Assembly: GCF_009914755.1 (NCBI RefSeq)
Contig: NC_060939.1
DNA from: the human T2T-CHM13v2.0 reference genome, Homo sapiens
Reading direction: 5' to 3' (one strand)
Length of the DNA: 64,000 bases
Program-made: the position numbers and the translations under genes
In this document: positions 15,020 through 29,000 of the stretch, piece after piece
How positions within the stretch are numbered: the stretch's first letter is position 1
Layout of the letters: each line of letters begins with the position of its first letter
Notes under the pieces: model-generated
What the model saw: the letters and a program-made list of their open reading frames with translations, nothing else
What the model was told of the DNA's origin: nothing
The model's database searches: none

Positions 15020-18000
15020 TTCTTTTATTATTTGATGTGGACCAGTGACTTCCTATGTGTGGCTTCATATCACCAGATAAGCTCATCACAGAAAAATGAG
15101 TAAACGCCAGCATTGCCTTAAGAAAAGACCAGTGAATCATCGTGCGATGTGCTATTATGTTTTCTTTTTAACACTGAGCAAAACTACATTGACTGAAGCA
15201 ACATCATAATGTCATTTAATACTTTTAGATTCCCTTATACATGGAAATTCCTCTAACAGAATGCTTGGTAATAAACATTTGTTGACTAGATGAATGCAGA
15301 AACAAAGGCCCATCTCACAGGATTCAAAATATACTTCTTTTACAGTGAGTTTTTCTGGGAGGGTGGTAGAACAAGGGTCTAGCTTATTAGTTGTTCAGAA
15401 TGTTAAGCCTTTGCATGCAACAAAAACAACAGCAAATCATTAAAACAGTTGTAAAAGCCATATTTACTATTTCATTCAAAAGATACTCCATGCCAAGAAT
15501 AATAGTATGTTACAAAAGTAGTTTTCTTAGACAAACTTTTTTAAAAATCTATTGAACTACAATGGGATTCAGCCTTTGCTCAGAACTGTGTTCAGATCAC
15601 AGATGGAATATTGAGAACTGTGCTAAATCACAGATGGTATATTTTTTCCTATATTTCACGAAACAGGCCCTTTCTACCTCTTTTTTTTCTTTTACATTTT
15701 GCTCTTGGTAATCATGTGGCTTGAAAAAAAGGCTAAACTAAAAAGAAACGTGGAAACATTTACTTTTAGTGCTGTTTATCATCTTACTCTTTAGTGGATG
15801 GATACATCACTGAATTTTCTGTGGTGTAATTTACTCAAAAAAAAAAAAACTCAGAGTGTAATTCATTTTAGGTGAGCAATTTGTTTTATGAGCCGTGTAT
15901 GATTATTTGGGGTTGTGCTGTTCTTTTATTGAGTGCAATAAAGACATTTCTTATCAATTGATTTGTTGTATCAGCAATGGGCTTCTTTCCAGATTGAAAC
16001 ATGGCAGCTTTTCTCAGGACATTATCCAGCATATAATTTCACCACAGATATGAATCTGGGTTCATTAGGGCCCACTTGCACTGCCTGTTATGACCTCATT
16101 TCTAGGATTCCTGCTTGATGCTGGCATTATCCTTCTCTGCGCGCAGTGCATAACATGGTTGTCAAATGGGTTCTTCCTCTTTGATGGTTCATCACATATA
16201 CAAACTTTTAATTTTGCCAACTTTTATACCAACTGATAAAATCAGAAGTTCAAAAGTTCATTTCCAATTCCATATGACATAGAAACTTTAGGTATTATAA
16301 AGCTTACACCTCTTGTGAATAATTAATTGCAATGCAGGGCAGGAACTAGAGGTATTAGATTACTATTTTGATGGTGTCAATACACTACCAGGAAGTACTT
16401 CTTAATCCAGATGTGGATAAGCACATTTCAGTGGTACATGATGCAAGCCACCAACCTTCTATCAAGCCTGGGTATGATAAACACTGTCCTTTTGGGCGCC
16501 ATTGACTTACCATGACTCTCAGACCACGGGACACCTTGCAAGACCTGTTATTAGCGCTCTCATGTCGACACATGATCACATTTATTTGCACCTTTCCAGA
16601 CTGAGAAAATCATGCCTTGAGAACAAAATTATGCTGATGCATATCTCACACAAGTACGTATCACAATGTCCTGGGGAACACCCCTTTGCACTTCAGTAAT
16701 GTCACGCATGAAGCAGAACATAAGTGATATACACCCATAGAAAGCAGAGCCAAGAAATTGAACAGCTGTGCAAACGGGCTTGAGAACGTAAAATCAGGAA
16801 GCTATGTCTTTAGAAAAGTATTTTTTAATCCCCAAATATCACATCTGGTTGCATTAAGTTGTCATTATGACATAGTATTTAAGATGATTTAATGGGTTAT
16901 TGCAGAATAAGAATCTTGGAGTTTATTTAACTACTGTGCATTAACAGAATGTAGCTATTTAAATGACATTCTGACAAAGCAGATGAAAAGCTGTTCTTGA
17001 TGGTGAATGACTTTATTATATACTTTTTTACTGTATTCAGTATAAATATAGATATTCAAACATAAGCAGAATATATTGAAATACAAGAGTGGAAGTGGGG
17101 CTTTGTGATAGACATTCAAATCAAGCAGTGCATACCAAAATGTAGGCAACTATTCACCCTAGATTTATGAGATGCATTGGCCATGTGCACGAACATGGGG
17201 GTGTCACAATACAAATGTATCACTCCTTGACTGTCCCTTCTTTGCCAGTCCCCTGACTGGACATCTGCAAACGAACAGGCCAGTCCTCAAATAGATGCCT
17301 GGGTATCTCGGATCTGGAAGCCTCCTGACCTGTTCTCGCTCATGTCCTCACCATCTTCCACCTTCCCCTGTTGACCTGAACCTCTTGCCACTTCTTGTCA
17401 GATATATACATCATTTTTTATAGAAAACTGAGGTTCTATGTAGTTAGAACAATTTCAAATAACTTATTAGGGCCTAAACTAAAATCTGGCTTCCCAGTTT
17501 CCCAATGTGTCGCTCTATCACATCATCCCATCCTTGCTGCCACTTACGGGACATCAACATTGCACGTTTTTCCAACCTGGCAAAGCATACAAAAGTCTTT
17601 CTAATGCCTCTCTATCCCTAAAGTGAATGCGTTTTGCTTTAGCATCCTCTGAATCTGCTAAGAATTTCTAACGAGGAGGGTTAAATAAATAAAGCATTAT
17701 GGTGAACAGCAAACTTCCAGCAGATTGCAATGGCTGTATAACAGTGTCCCAAACAAATAGAAGTTCAGTCAGGGGCTAGAACAGAGATCTGCTCAATAAT
17801 ATTTTCAAGGACATAAGCTCCTCCAGCTCACTGTTTCATCATTCTTATGGCAGGTCCATGTTCCAGGCAGCAGAATTCAGGAAAAGAACTAGAGGAAGAA
17901 CAGCAAACAGCTTACACCAATTGCCTCCTAAAAATGGTTTGCAGAAATTGCCACACAACACTACAGTTTACATCCCACTGGCAAAAACTTATACTTTGTG

Positions 18001-21000
18001 GCTATATCCAGCCAAAAAAAAAAAAAAAAGACCAAAAAGTTTAGTTTTATTGTGAGGAACCATGTATCCAGGCAAAATTTCACCATTATGAAAGAAGAAG
18101 AGAACAATGTGGTTGCTGATGGTGACATGTGCATTTGCCCAGGGACATTAAACCATTTACAAGACTTTTTTTAACGCACTGTTTCTTTCATCAGTCCAAG
18201 ACTCTAGAACTAAAGTAGCATATAGGTTTTAAAGCCAACACTGATTAATTGGCAATGACTGCTTGAGAAAGCCATTTGAGACAAAGTGTGGTCTCAGGGA
18301 CAAAGATCTCAACAATCTATTAGTGATGTCTGTAATGGATACAGGAAAAGAGAGTGGGGGTGAAGATGCTTTCTTTTATATTTCTATTCTCACACTGTCA
18401 TTTGACATTGACTTTCAAATTAAAGTAATGGTTCTACAAGTCCAGCAGCATAATAATAATGAATGCTGCTAACACACCTATGACACATTACCCAAAACAA
18501 TCTATGCATGCAGGCACTAATTCCATCCTGACAGCTCTATCATGAGATAATAAAGTATTTTTATAAGCCCCAATTTGGAGATGAAGAGGTTAAGTTTTGA
18601 GCAGAGCAATGTGTTTCCACCAAGGTCACCTAATCATAAGTGGCAGATCCAGAATTTGAACTTAGTTCTTTCAGCAACATCAGATGTGCTTTCCACTCCC
18701 TGTATAATAATACTATTCCAAAAAGAAAGAATTAAGTTGTCCTCCTTGTAGATTTTCTTGGATCTTTAAACTATTTTGGTCCAATATATTGTGGAAAGAA
18801 GGCAGAGCAATTGTATATTATCTACTGATACTATCCCTTAAAGTTTTGGGTCTTCTCTGCTAATGAATTTCCTGTGGTACTCAACAAGACCAACTGAAAT
18901 AGTCACAAAATTCAAACAAAAACCTTACTGAAACAAAGCCTATTAGGAGCTGGGCAAGAGATACTCATGAAAAAGTAGTTTCTAATGGCCTTTAGCCCAC
19001 AGATGTGCAAACAATTACATGAACTGCGGTGTGCCAAGAGCTGTAGTAAAGGCAAGCACAAGGACCCATGGTGGCACAAAGGAGCCAACTGCTGCCATTC
19101 CAGGTGTGGGCAAGCAGTTGGTATGTCAGAGCCACTTCACAGAAGGAGAGATGGGTGGGTCCCAAAGGGCGGGTGGGTAATCACCAAGCACACACAGGGA
19201 ACAGCTAGCCATGCAGGGAGAAGCAGATGCCAGGACTGGATGTGCAGAATGGCAAGGCAAGTTCAGAACAGCATGGCCAGTTTAGAAAAGCTGGGCATAA
19301 TATGTGCATGGCTGGAATAACCAGAATGAAGTGGGGACCAGTAGGGGAGGTGGTAAAGAGGCTAACCTTGAGAGGATAGGGGCACCTGGACGAGGCTGTG
19401 CTTTATGGATTTTAGCGTGTAAGCACAGAAAAGCCACTGAAAGGTTTTTAAGCAGGGGAGCAAAAGAATCACATTGATCTTTGAGAGAGACCCCTAGAGA
19501 AGTTGGGCTGCCATTACCAAAGCCACAGGCAGTGAAATCAGATAAGAAACGAGCAGAGCTGAAACTGAGAGTACTTCCCCTGGAACCTACACTTTTTGAA
19601 GGGTTTATGAAAGGCCTGGAATGGTATGACCCAAATGTAGGACTTAGTATTTCTCTGAGGAAAAGTGCTGTGCCTTTCCCCGGTTCTCAGTGAAGCCCAC
19701 AAGCAGAAGGACAATAACAACCTGTAGGTTAAAAATGTGTGACCTAAGCTCAGGCCACTGCAGTGGAATAAAAAAAAAATAGTTATATCAGAGTAGTATA
19801 TAAAATGAATAGGAATGAAATGCATGTATTTGCATTTAATTTTTAAAAAACAAAAGAGCAAAAGTCTTAACAACGGGCCAACTATTTTTGGTATATATTT
19901 CATATACACAAAGTTAAGGAATTCAGATGTACATGTATACAGGGGCCTTGCCACAGACATCCCAGGATGGACCACATTGTCAACATCCCATCTTCTTACA
20001 CCGTGTTGCTATTACAGGTGCTCTTTTACTTGTTGGACTATATATCCCAAAGTTTGGTTTGAAAAGTAAATTCTCTATAAAATCAAGCTCCTGAGAAGGT
20101 GGTCATACTTCTAATAGCTTTTGTGGGGAGAGGGCAGTGTTGAGAGGTATCAAATCTCAAAGTTCTTGCTACAGAAACATAAGCAGAAATGGAGGCATTG
20201 CCAGGCAACAAAGTAATTATGTGGGAAAAATCTAGATCAGTTGTTCTTAACCGTTTTGGGTGTCACAGAGCCTTTGAGATGTTGCTGAGCTATATAAATG
20301 TTCTCAAAAAAATTCTTAAATGTATCTTCTTATAAAATTGTACATAAATTTCCAGAGGTTTATAAAACTCTCAGAGTCCAAAAACATTGAGGTGACACTG
20401 GATGGAACCTCAAGAACCTTTAGTTTCAAAAATTCTCCTTTCTGTCAACAAAAATTTATAGATTTTCATCTAAATTAGCCTCACTAATGTTTTCTTTATC
20501 TCCTTTTTACTGATACTATTTGCTCTGCAATTAATTTCCCCTTTCTCGCATGCATATAATCTCCATCAGTGGTAAAATCACAAAGTCTGAGAAAAGGAGA
20601 GTGATTCCAATTTTCACTAAATTGAACTGTTGCCCAAACAACATACAAACTCCCAAATGTTTTTATAAACCTAGAATAGAAAACATTGTGCTATGCTTTC
20701 ACTCCACAAAAATGCCTTCCCCTCTCAATGCTAGTATCTGTCTTAAAACCAGGTGTTTGAATCCTGGTCTACTACGTTGTTGCATATATGTTCTTTAACA
20801 TTCATTCTACTGCAAACTTCAATACCTTTATTTGGAAATTAAATTAACTTTCTTTCAGAATAAATAGAAGCCCAGCAATGGTCTTGTTTTCTTAATGGGC
20901 TACAAAGCAGAATATTTTTAAGGGAAAAAAAATTACCACAAATTCTATAGTACTCCTTCTTTCTCCCACATTGCAGTTACTACGAACCTTTGATTAGCCC

Positions 21001-21489
21001 TCTAAAAAAGACCACATATTTCATAATTTGAAGCAAAAGGTTAATGGTGTTATTACAACTATTATCCCTTTTAAAATCATTATCCTTTTGTTTTTTATGG
21101 CTATATTACCTTCACCTTTCCATGAACCCACTTTACCAGCTGTTTCCCTGTGTCATAAACTTTGCTGAACATCATCATAGAAATAGGATAAATGCCATGT
21201 TTTATCAATCAAGCCTAAGGGGATCTGAGGATTCTTATAACTACAACTGTAAAGGGAGTTTACTGCAAGTTTCTGTTTTGATTTGTAAGTTGTCCTTAAG
21301 TAAAAAACACACCTGATGCAAACGTCGAGAATGTTAAAATGAAAGACGGTATGCTACAAAAATCTGCATCATAAAATTTGCTGGGTTGACAAATGCAAAA
21401 GCTAAAGACTATTGAGAAACACATGCAGGTGTGTTTCCTGTGTGAGCTGACACCTGCTGGCACTGCCATCCCTACCCATACCTAAGTTC

Positions 21490-23760
21490 CATCACTCCTA
21501 ATTCCACCCACCCCAGCACTCCAAGGAATATATGAAACATAGGAAAGGTGCTTTTAACTTACACAGGCTACTTAGAAAGTCTCAACACATTTCAAAAATT
21601 AATATAATTAAGATGATATTTCATAGTAATATCGCAATAAAATTTAAAATTTACAATAATAGTCCCAAAATATCATCATACATTGGAAACTAATAAACAC
21701 ACTTCTAAACTATAAGACATCATGAAATATTTACAACTAAATCACAGAAACTATTAAAACTTTTAAGTTACAGCTAAACTAGTACTTCAGGACATTTTGC
21801 GGCTTTAATAAAAATTTTTTAGGATTGAAAATAAATTAATGAAACATTTAACTGAAGCAGACATAAAAAAGAGCAAGAAAAATCTAAATTAGGTAGTGGA
21901 AAAGAAATAACTAAAAGAATAACATTGAATACATTTAAAAAAATATAAATGAACAACAAAACCAAATTCTAGTTTCTTAAAAAGATGAGTACTATTTATA
22001 AATTTCTCACGAAAGCGATCAAGAGAAAAGCAGGAAAGCCACAAATCAGCATAATTAGAAATGAAAAAGAAACGTAACTATAGATAAGTTACAACTTATG
22101 TTAATACTATGAACAATCTTTCCAATACATTTGAAAACATGTGAAATGTAAGATCTTCTAAAAAAAAAGTTTAATTACCAAAATGACTAAAAAACAAATA
22201 CATTCTGAATAGATAAGCAACCATTAAATAATTTTAATCAGCAGTCAAAAAATCTTTCCCAACCAACTACACAGAATAATTGTATTAAATCCACGAAACC
22301 CCCAATCTCTATTTTTAACAAATATTTTTCAAGAAAAAAATGTAAGAAAAGCATTCCTTTTTATAACATCATTAAAACCATATGCCAAATCAGTCTATGA
22401 CAGTGCAAAAATTATTTTAAAACCCAACTCATTTATAAGCATAAATGCAAGCATAATACAATAGTAGTAAATCAAATCCAATACTGTATAAAAATAATTC
22501 ATCATGAATGAGTTGGATTTATATTAGTAAGACAAAGATATTTCAAAACTATAAAATTGATCAACACTAAGAATAAAGGACAAAATGGTTATTCTCTCTA
22601 TAGGTGCAAAACAGTTTAAATAATATTTTTATTATAAAAGCATTTGGCCACATTGTAATAAAGATAAATTTTCTTAACCCAAAGATGACATCATTCTTAA
22701 CATTAAAATTTGTAATGAATCCCAATAAATCCTGGAAAAAGGCAAGAATTCCCACTATTGGCACCACTGTATAATACTATACTAGAAATCCTAGCCTATG
22801 AAATATGATAAGAAAAAGAATCAAGAGGCTTGCTTAATGGATGGCTTTAAGAACAAAAATAATAAAATTATTATCTACATCAAGTCTCTGCAAAATAAGA
22901 CTCATGGGCCAAATAAGGCCCTACTGTAGGCCAAATTCAGTTACACCCATTTTTGTTTTACATATTGTCTATGGCTGCTTTTATCTTAAAAGTCAGAGTT
23001 GAGTAGTTGCAATGGAGGTTGCATGAACCTCAAAGAAAAAAACATTTACCACCTAGTCTGCTCCCAAAAAATGTTTGAATACTTCTGTTCTACATAATAT
23101 GTCAAACAGAATCCATAAACAAACAAGTAGAATGAATAAAAGGACTTAGCACAGTTTCTGGGCACAGGATCAATGTAAAAAAAAGTCAATAGTATCTTTA
23201 TACAGCAGCGTAATCTACTAGAGAGCTATGTTAAAAACACAGCTACAATTGACAATTAATAAACTATTTGGTATTTAAAAATACACCACACCTTTACAAA
23301 AAATTTTTTGAATGAAGTAAAAAATGTAATAAAATGAAATGTACCATTTACTAGATGTGAAGGTACAATACTCCAATAGCAGAGGATGGTTATGATTCAT
23401 GAACAAAGATACAATACCATGTAAAACAACATCAGCAACAACAACTGTATCTAGTACTTATTGTATGCCAGATTATATTCAAAGACAGATGGATAGATAG
23501 ATAATATCCAAAACAAATTTTAATACGAAGAATGATGTAGAAAGCCTTTTCTTGTCAAAGATTGATATATATTAAAAAGGTATAATAATTACAACAATGT
23601 GGACTTGGTCCAATAATAGATAATTAGACAAAGGAACTAGAATACAGCACTTAGACATACAAATACCTGGAAACTTCATATATGGTAAATGTGACAGTAA
23701 AGATCAGTAGGAAGAGGATAGAAAATTCTGAAATAGTGCTGGTATAATTAGTTATCTATC
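21490..23760 (+). mobile_element. Highly diverged L1M ORF2 remnant
   Basis: A-rich, with decayed L1 ORF2 landmarks (ATTAGAAATGAAAAAG, GGTGCAAAACAGTTT, ACTAGAAATCCTAGCC, CAGGATCAATGTAAAAA, AATAGTGCTGG). Confidence 0.6.
22881..23087. mobile_element. MER58A-like hAT element inside the L1
   Basis: TTTACATATTGTCTATGGCTGCTTT...CAGAGTTGAGTAGTTGC; 8-bp TSD-like flanks ATCTACAT/TTCTACAT. Confidence 0.65.
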
Positions 23761-24389
23761 ATGCTGGTTATTTATTATTACCTCTCAAATCCAAATTCAT
23801 TCTTTTTGTCCACTCTGCAAAAAAAAGATCTGGGCCTGTTAAATACTTTTGCTGTCAGATGGCACATTATTAAGTTTTGTCAGTAGAGGACACACAAGAG
23901 AAATTGCAAGAAGAAGAAGTTTTGGTTTCCAATCCCAGAAAGTCCACTGGACATGCTCCAAGGGCCTGACTTCTCTAGCACCAGGTACCTGCAGCAAAGG
24001 CAGCTTCCCAGTGCACAGTCTCTTGCACTGTTTGGAAATAAATGCCCATAAACAAGAGAAATCAATAAATAAATGTTGGCTTAGGCATACTATGCATTAT
24101 TCTACAACAGTTGAATGAATGAACTAGTTCTGTGTGTATCAACAAGAATAAGTCTTACAGTGTTAGAAAAAAACATTGTGCAATAATAATAATATGTATG
24201 TAGAATAATTATATACATTTAATGGAATTATGTATGTATATACATATACACACATATTGTTATATATGTGTGAAATAGAAGGGTATATAACTTTTTAAAA
24301 TTTGTTTTTCATTAAAATTTTTATTGAGGTAGTTATAGATTCATATACATTTGTAAAAATACAGAGAGATTCCTGTATGCTTTCTGGGT

Positions 24390-26027
24390 AAATCCTTTCT
24401 GATAAATCCTTTCCAGCAGTTTTTCAGTTCATTTTACCAAGATCCTTCAGAAGAATCACTATCTATGGTAGCTACGACCTTATGGCATCTATTTCTTAAA
24501 TAATAAGACTTTGAATTTGAAATTACTTATTGATCCATGGGCTGAAAGTGGAAGTTGCATTATCAGACATGAAAACCATTAATCTCCTTGTACATCTCCA
24601 TCAGAGCTCTTGGGTGACTAAGTACATTGTCAATAAGCAGTAATATTTTTAAAGGAATCTTTTGTCTGAGCAGTAGGTCTTAACAATGGGCTTAAAATGT
24701 TCAGTAAACCATGATGTAACAGATGTACTGTCATTCAGACTTTGTTGTTTCATTTATAGAGCACAGGGAGAAAAGATTTCACATAGTTCTTAAGGGCCCT
24801 AGAATTTTCAGAAGAGTAAACGAGAATTGACTTCAAAAAAAGTCACCAGATGAATTAGCTCCTAACAAGAGAGTCAATTTGCCCTTTGAAGTTTTGAAGC
24901 CAGGCATCAACTTCTCCTCTCTAGCTATGAAAGTTCTAGATGGCATCTTCTTCCAGTAGAAGGCTGTATTGTTTACATGAAAAATCTGCTGTTTAGTGTA
25001 GCCACCTCCATCAGGTATCTTAGCTAGATTTTTCTGAGTACTTGCTGTAGCTTCCACATCAGCACTTGCTGCAGCTTCCACATCAGCACTTGCTGCAGCT
25101 TCCACATCAGCACTTGCTGCAGCTTCCACATCAGCACTTGCTGCCTTGTCTTGCACTTTTAGGTTACGGAAACAGCTTCTTTCCTTAAACCTCATAAACC
25201 AATTTCTGCTGTCTTCAAACTTTCCTTCTACAGCTTTTTCACCTCTTTCAACCTTCACAGAACTAAAAAGAGTTAGGGCCTTGCTCTGGATTAAGCTTTG
25301 CCTTAATGGAATGTTGTGACTGTCTTCATCTTCTATGAGACACTCACAGTTTCTCCATATCAGCAACAAAGCTGTTTTGCTTTCACACTACTCATGTGTT
25401 TACTTTTAATGTTCCTGAATAACTTTTCCTTTGCATTCACAACTTGGCTAACTGCTCTGTGCAGGAAGCCTTGGCTCCATCCTATCTCAGCTTTCAACAT
25501 GCCTTCCTCACTAAGCTTAATCATTGATAGCTTTTGCTTTAAATTGAGAGACATGTGGCTGTTTTTTTTTTTTAACTTGAACACCGAGGGGCCATTGTAG
25601 GATTATTAGTATTAATTGTAACCCTACGATTAGGTCACTGATTTGAACATTGTTTTGTCTCTCAGGGAACAGGGAAGCCCAAGGAGAGGGAAAAGATGGG
25701 AAAATGACTATAGTCAGTAGAACAGTCAGAACATACATGTTTATTGATTGAGTTTGCCATATTATAGGGACACAGTTCATGGCACCTCAAAGCAATTAAA
25801 CAATGGTCACTAATCACAGGTCACCATGAAAATATAATAATAATGAAAAAGTTTGAAATATTGCAAGAATTACCAAAAGAGACACAGAGAAACCAAGTGA
25901 GCCCTTGCTGTTGGAAAAATGGTGCTGACTTGCTTGACACAGGGTTGCCACAAACCTTGAATTTGTATAAAACACAATATCTGTATAGTGCAATAAAGTG
26001 AAGCCCAAAAAAAGCAAGGTGTGCCAG
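24390..26027 (-). mobile_element. Tigger1 (pogo/Tc1-mariner) DNA transposon, 3'-truncated, with a disabled transposase
   Basis: ORFs 25360-25584 (SLNLKQKLSMIKLSEEGMLKAEIG) and 24833-25369 ([18 protein letters not shown]...WFMRFKER...GGYTKQQIF...[17 protein letters not shown]) are frameshifted Tigger1 transposase. The 5' TIR CTGGCACACCTTG is flanked by TA at 26028. Confidence 0.92.
25040..25144. repeat. 24-bp minisatellite, ~4.4 copies of ACTTGCTGCAGCTTCCACATCAGC
   Basis: Units start at 25040, 25064, 25088, 25112, with a partial at 25136; only one mismatch across all units. Confidence 0.95.
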
Positions 26028-29000
26028 TAAATATTTTTCTCTCAATGTCTTTGTCTGATATGAATACAGTCATTCCAATCTTCTTATGCTTACTGTTGTA
26101 TGGTATTTTTTCGCCTTTTTTTTTTTCTCTTTACTCTTCTAGGACTCCAATTACATGGATGTTAGATCTTGTCTGTTCCCCACATATCTATGAAGATTTG
26201 TCCTTTTTCCCGCTAATCCTTTTTCTCCTTTATTCTTCACATTGAATAGTTTCTGTTAGTTTATTTACAAGTCTACCAACTATTTCTTCTGTCTCCTTCT
26301 TTCTACTATTAATCCCATTCACTAGTTTTTCCAGATAGTCTATTTTTCAGTTCTAAAACTTTTTAAATATTTTCCACTTCTCTGCTGAAACTTCCTATCT
26401 TTTCATTGATTGTAAATAGTTGTATATAACTATTGATTATATGCAAGCACAATTACAATAGCTGCTTTTAAACCCTTGCTTGCTATTAAAATCTTTGTCT
26501 GATAAGTAAAAATTCTGTCTGATAATAATGGCAATAGGTACTATCTCTGAGTCAGTATCCATTGTCTTTCTCTTGAGCATGGGCCATGTTTACTTGCTTC
26601 TAAGTATATTAAGTAATTTTGAAATGTTCTAGAAATTCTAAATGATACATATTAGAGGGTATGGATTCCAATACGTTTATCCAGAAAGTATCTTTGTTGT
26701 TTTTGTTTTAGCAAACTGTTAATGTAACTAAACTGAAACTACAAACTCTGTCTTCTCTGCATTATGCAGCAACTGAAATCTCAGTCCATTTTTCAGCCTC
26801 ATTTGGACTGCTTAGAATCAACCCTAGGCTTGTGTGGCTCAGGGGTGAGCCAAAGATTGAAAAGGTTGTAAGTTTATACACGGAATTTGGAGCTCCTCCT
26901 ATTTTTTCTCCTTTCCTAGATTTTGACCTCAATTCCTAGCTTCTGAGTTTGCCCCTAGCCATGTGCCCTGATTACTCAAGACAATTAAACTATGAGTTTT
27001 CTTTCCAAATTTTAAAAAGCTCTCCAACATGTCCCAAACTGGAACCTGCCCTCAAACTAGAAACGGCAAAAACATGGAATACTCACTTAGTGCCTTTCTG
27101 TTCTTCCACACGTCAATTCTGCTAAAGTTTTTGCATGCTTTTATGATCTCTCCAGGGTCTGCACAGAGTTTTTAAAGCATTTTATTGAGAATTTATCGTT
27201 GTGTTCTACAGGATGATTCACATAATAAAAGCTACATCCCACCCCGCCACTATCAGAAAAAGAATTTACATAAAACAAAACATAACCTAAACTCATTTGG
27301 TAATTAATCTGACCTAAATTCCTGTAAGACTTTCATAGTCTTTATCACCATATCTCAAAAAAAAAAAAAAAAAAAAAAAGAAATGTTAATGGTTTTGATA
27401 ATAGAATACTTCCCTAAACCTCAATAGAAGTGTTTGGTGATAATCAGCACATTCATGGTATGATACTATTTAAAATATGGAGAATCAATAATTATGAATC
27501 ACCTCTGTGCCCAAGTGATAAACAGACAAGTGATTGAAAAATTATATCTGTCTCATAGAATATATTTGGAAAAAATAACATATATAATGAGGAATAAGCG
27601 AGTAGATAATTTACAAAAGGTACACAGTAAGCCATAATGTTCTCACCCCATTTGAAAATGATCAGGAAGGCAGTGATACCAGTTGGAACAAGACAAATAT
27701 AGTATATATTTATTCTTCTTGTCAGATTAAAATGTTTGTTTCTTTGTCAGGCTGTCTAATCACAATACATTCATTAACTGTTGAGTCTCAGATTGTCAAA
27801 TTTCCATTGCTAACCTGCTCAGTGACTATTTTGGTAATTTATGTATTTCTCAACATAATTTGATATAGATAATAATAGATTTGTTGGATGTTATTTTATT
27901 CAGCATGTACAGAACAAATAAAGGATGAAAAGTGGAAAGGTGAGAAAGAAAGCAAATTCAACAACCATATTTTAATTTATTATGATAGTCATCAAAATAT
28001 TTACTAAATTTAAATTTAAAATTACCGAATATCTATAATATGCTGTACTCTGAAATAGGAATGTAATGCACCTACATTTTTCACCACAGTCTTATGAGGA
28101 AGATATAATTATTATTTTTAATTTATTAAATATAGATGGAGCAACTGAGCCTTGGAGAGGTTGGTGCCTTTAACAAATTGCACAGCTGAGCATTAGGTGC
28201 AGATCCAAACTCAGGCAATTAATTGCCAGAGCCTGCTCTCTTAATCCTCACCCCTGTGAAGTAGATATTATTTTTCTCATTACGAGACATAATATTATTA
28301 TCCTCGTTATCTGAAGATGTGGAAACAGAAGCTTGAGGCTATTAAGTGTCTTGATCAAATCCATAAGCCCAGGAAGTCGTGACGTTGGTATTCAAATTAG
28401 GATGTCGCTAAAGTTCCTTTCATTGCTACTACACCAACTCTGATCCAAAACTTGAGTGATGCCAGTAGTGGGAAATAAAAAAAAAGGTTTAAAAATTAAT
28501 TATTCTGCAAACAATACGAGTTTGGGTGGAACAAACCCTCATAAATGTCAATAGACTATACATTATTAATTAATGTGTCAAAGTCAAAATTTCAAATATT
28601 TAAACATTTCTACTGTTGAAATGTAAGTACTAACTACCACAATCACTAAAATTACTGAAAATACATTAAATTTCTACTCCTCACTAGTAAAGTATGGCCT
28701 CAGTTGATCCAGTTGTAATAATTTTCTATAGAAAAACAGGTTGGGAGATCTCTAGAGAGATGTTACAAGTAAAGAGGCTATCCAGGTTACTGATTCTTAA
28801 TATATGAAGCTGCTTCCTCCACCCATTGCATTAGTTTTTAGTATCCTTGCATTCTGTTGAGATAAAATTTAATTCTTGGCAATAATAGTTCGAAGTAAGT
28901 GTTGGCCTCCTATTTTCTTTGAAAGATAATACATTTTTATTGTATATTTTTTAAAAAGAGAGATAACATTTTGACAACGCTAACATCCCTAGATAACTAT

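Noticed and set aside
23762-24030. LTR40/41-like fragment containing GTCAGTAGAGGACAC, a possible CTCF site
   Set aside because: The GGCGC core is lost and the family assignment is uncertain.
25040-25144. CRISPR-like array
   Set aside because: Head-to-tail repeats without unique spacers, in a eukaryotic context with no cas genes.
24833-25584. Transposase-like ORFs as a domesticated TIGD-type gene
   Set aside because: Frameshifted, with stops, and 3'-truncated before a full DDE domain; a Tigger1 fossil.
27350-27379. Orphan A23 tract preceded by ATCTC, resembling an Alu or retrocopy 3' tip
   Set aside because: No TSD or retroposed body visible; cannot be told apart from a simple poly-A microsatellite.
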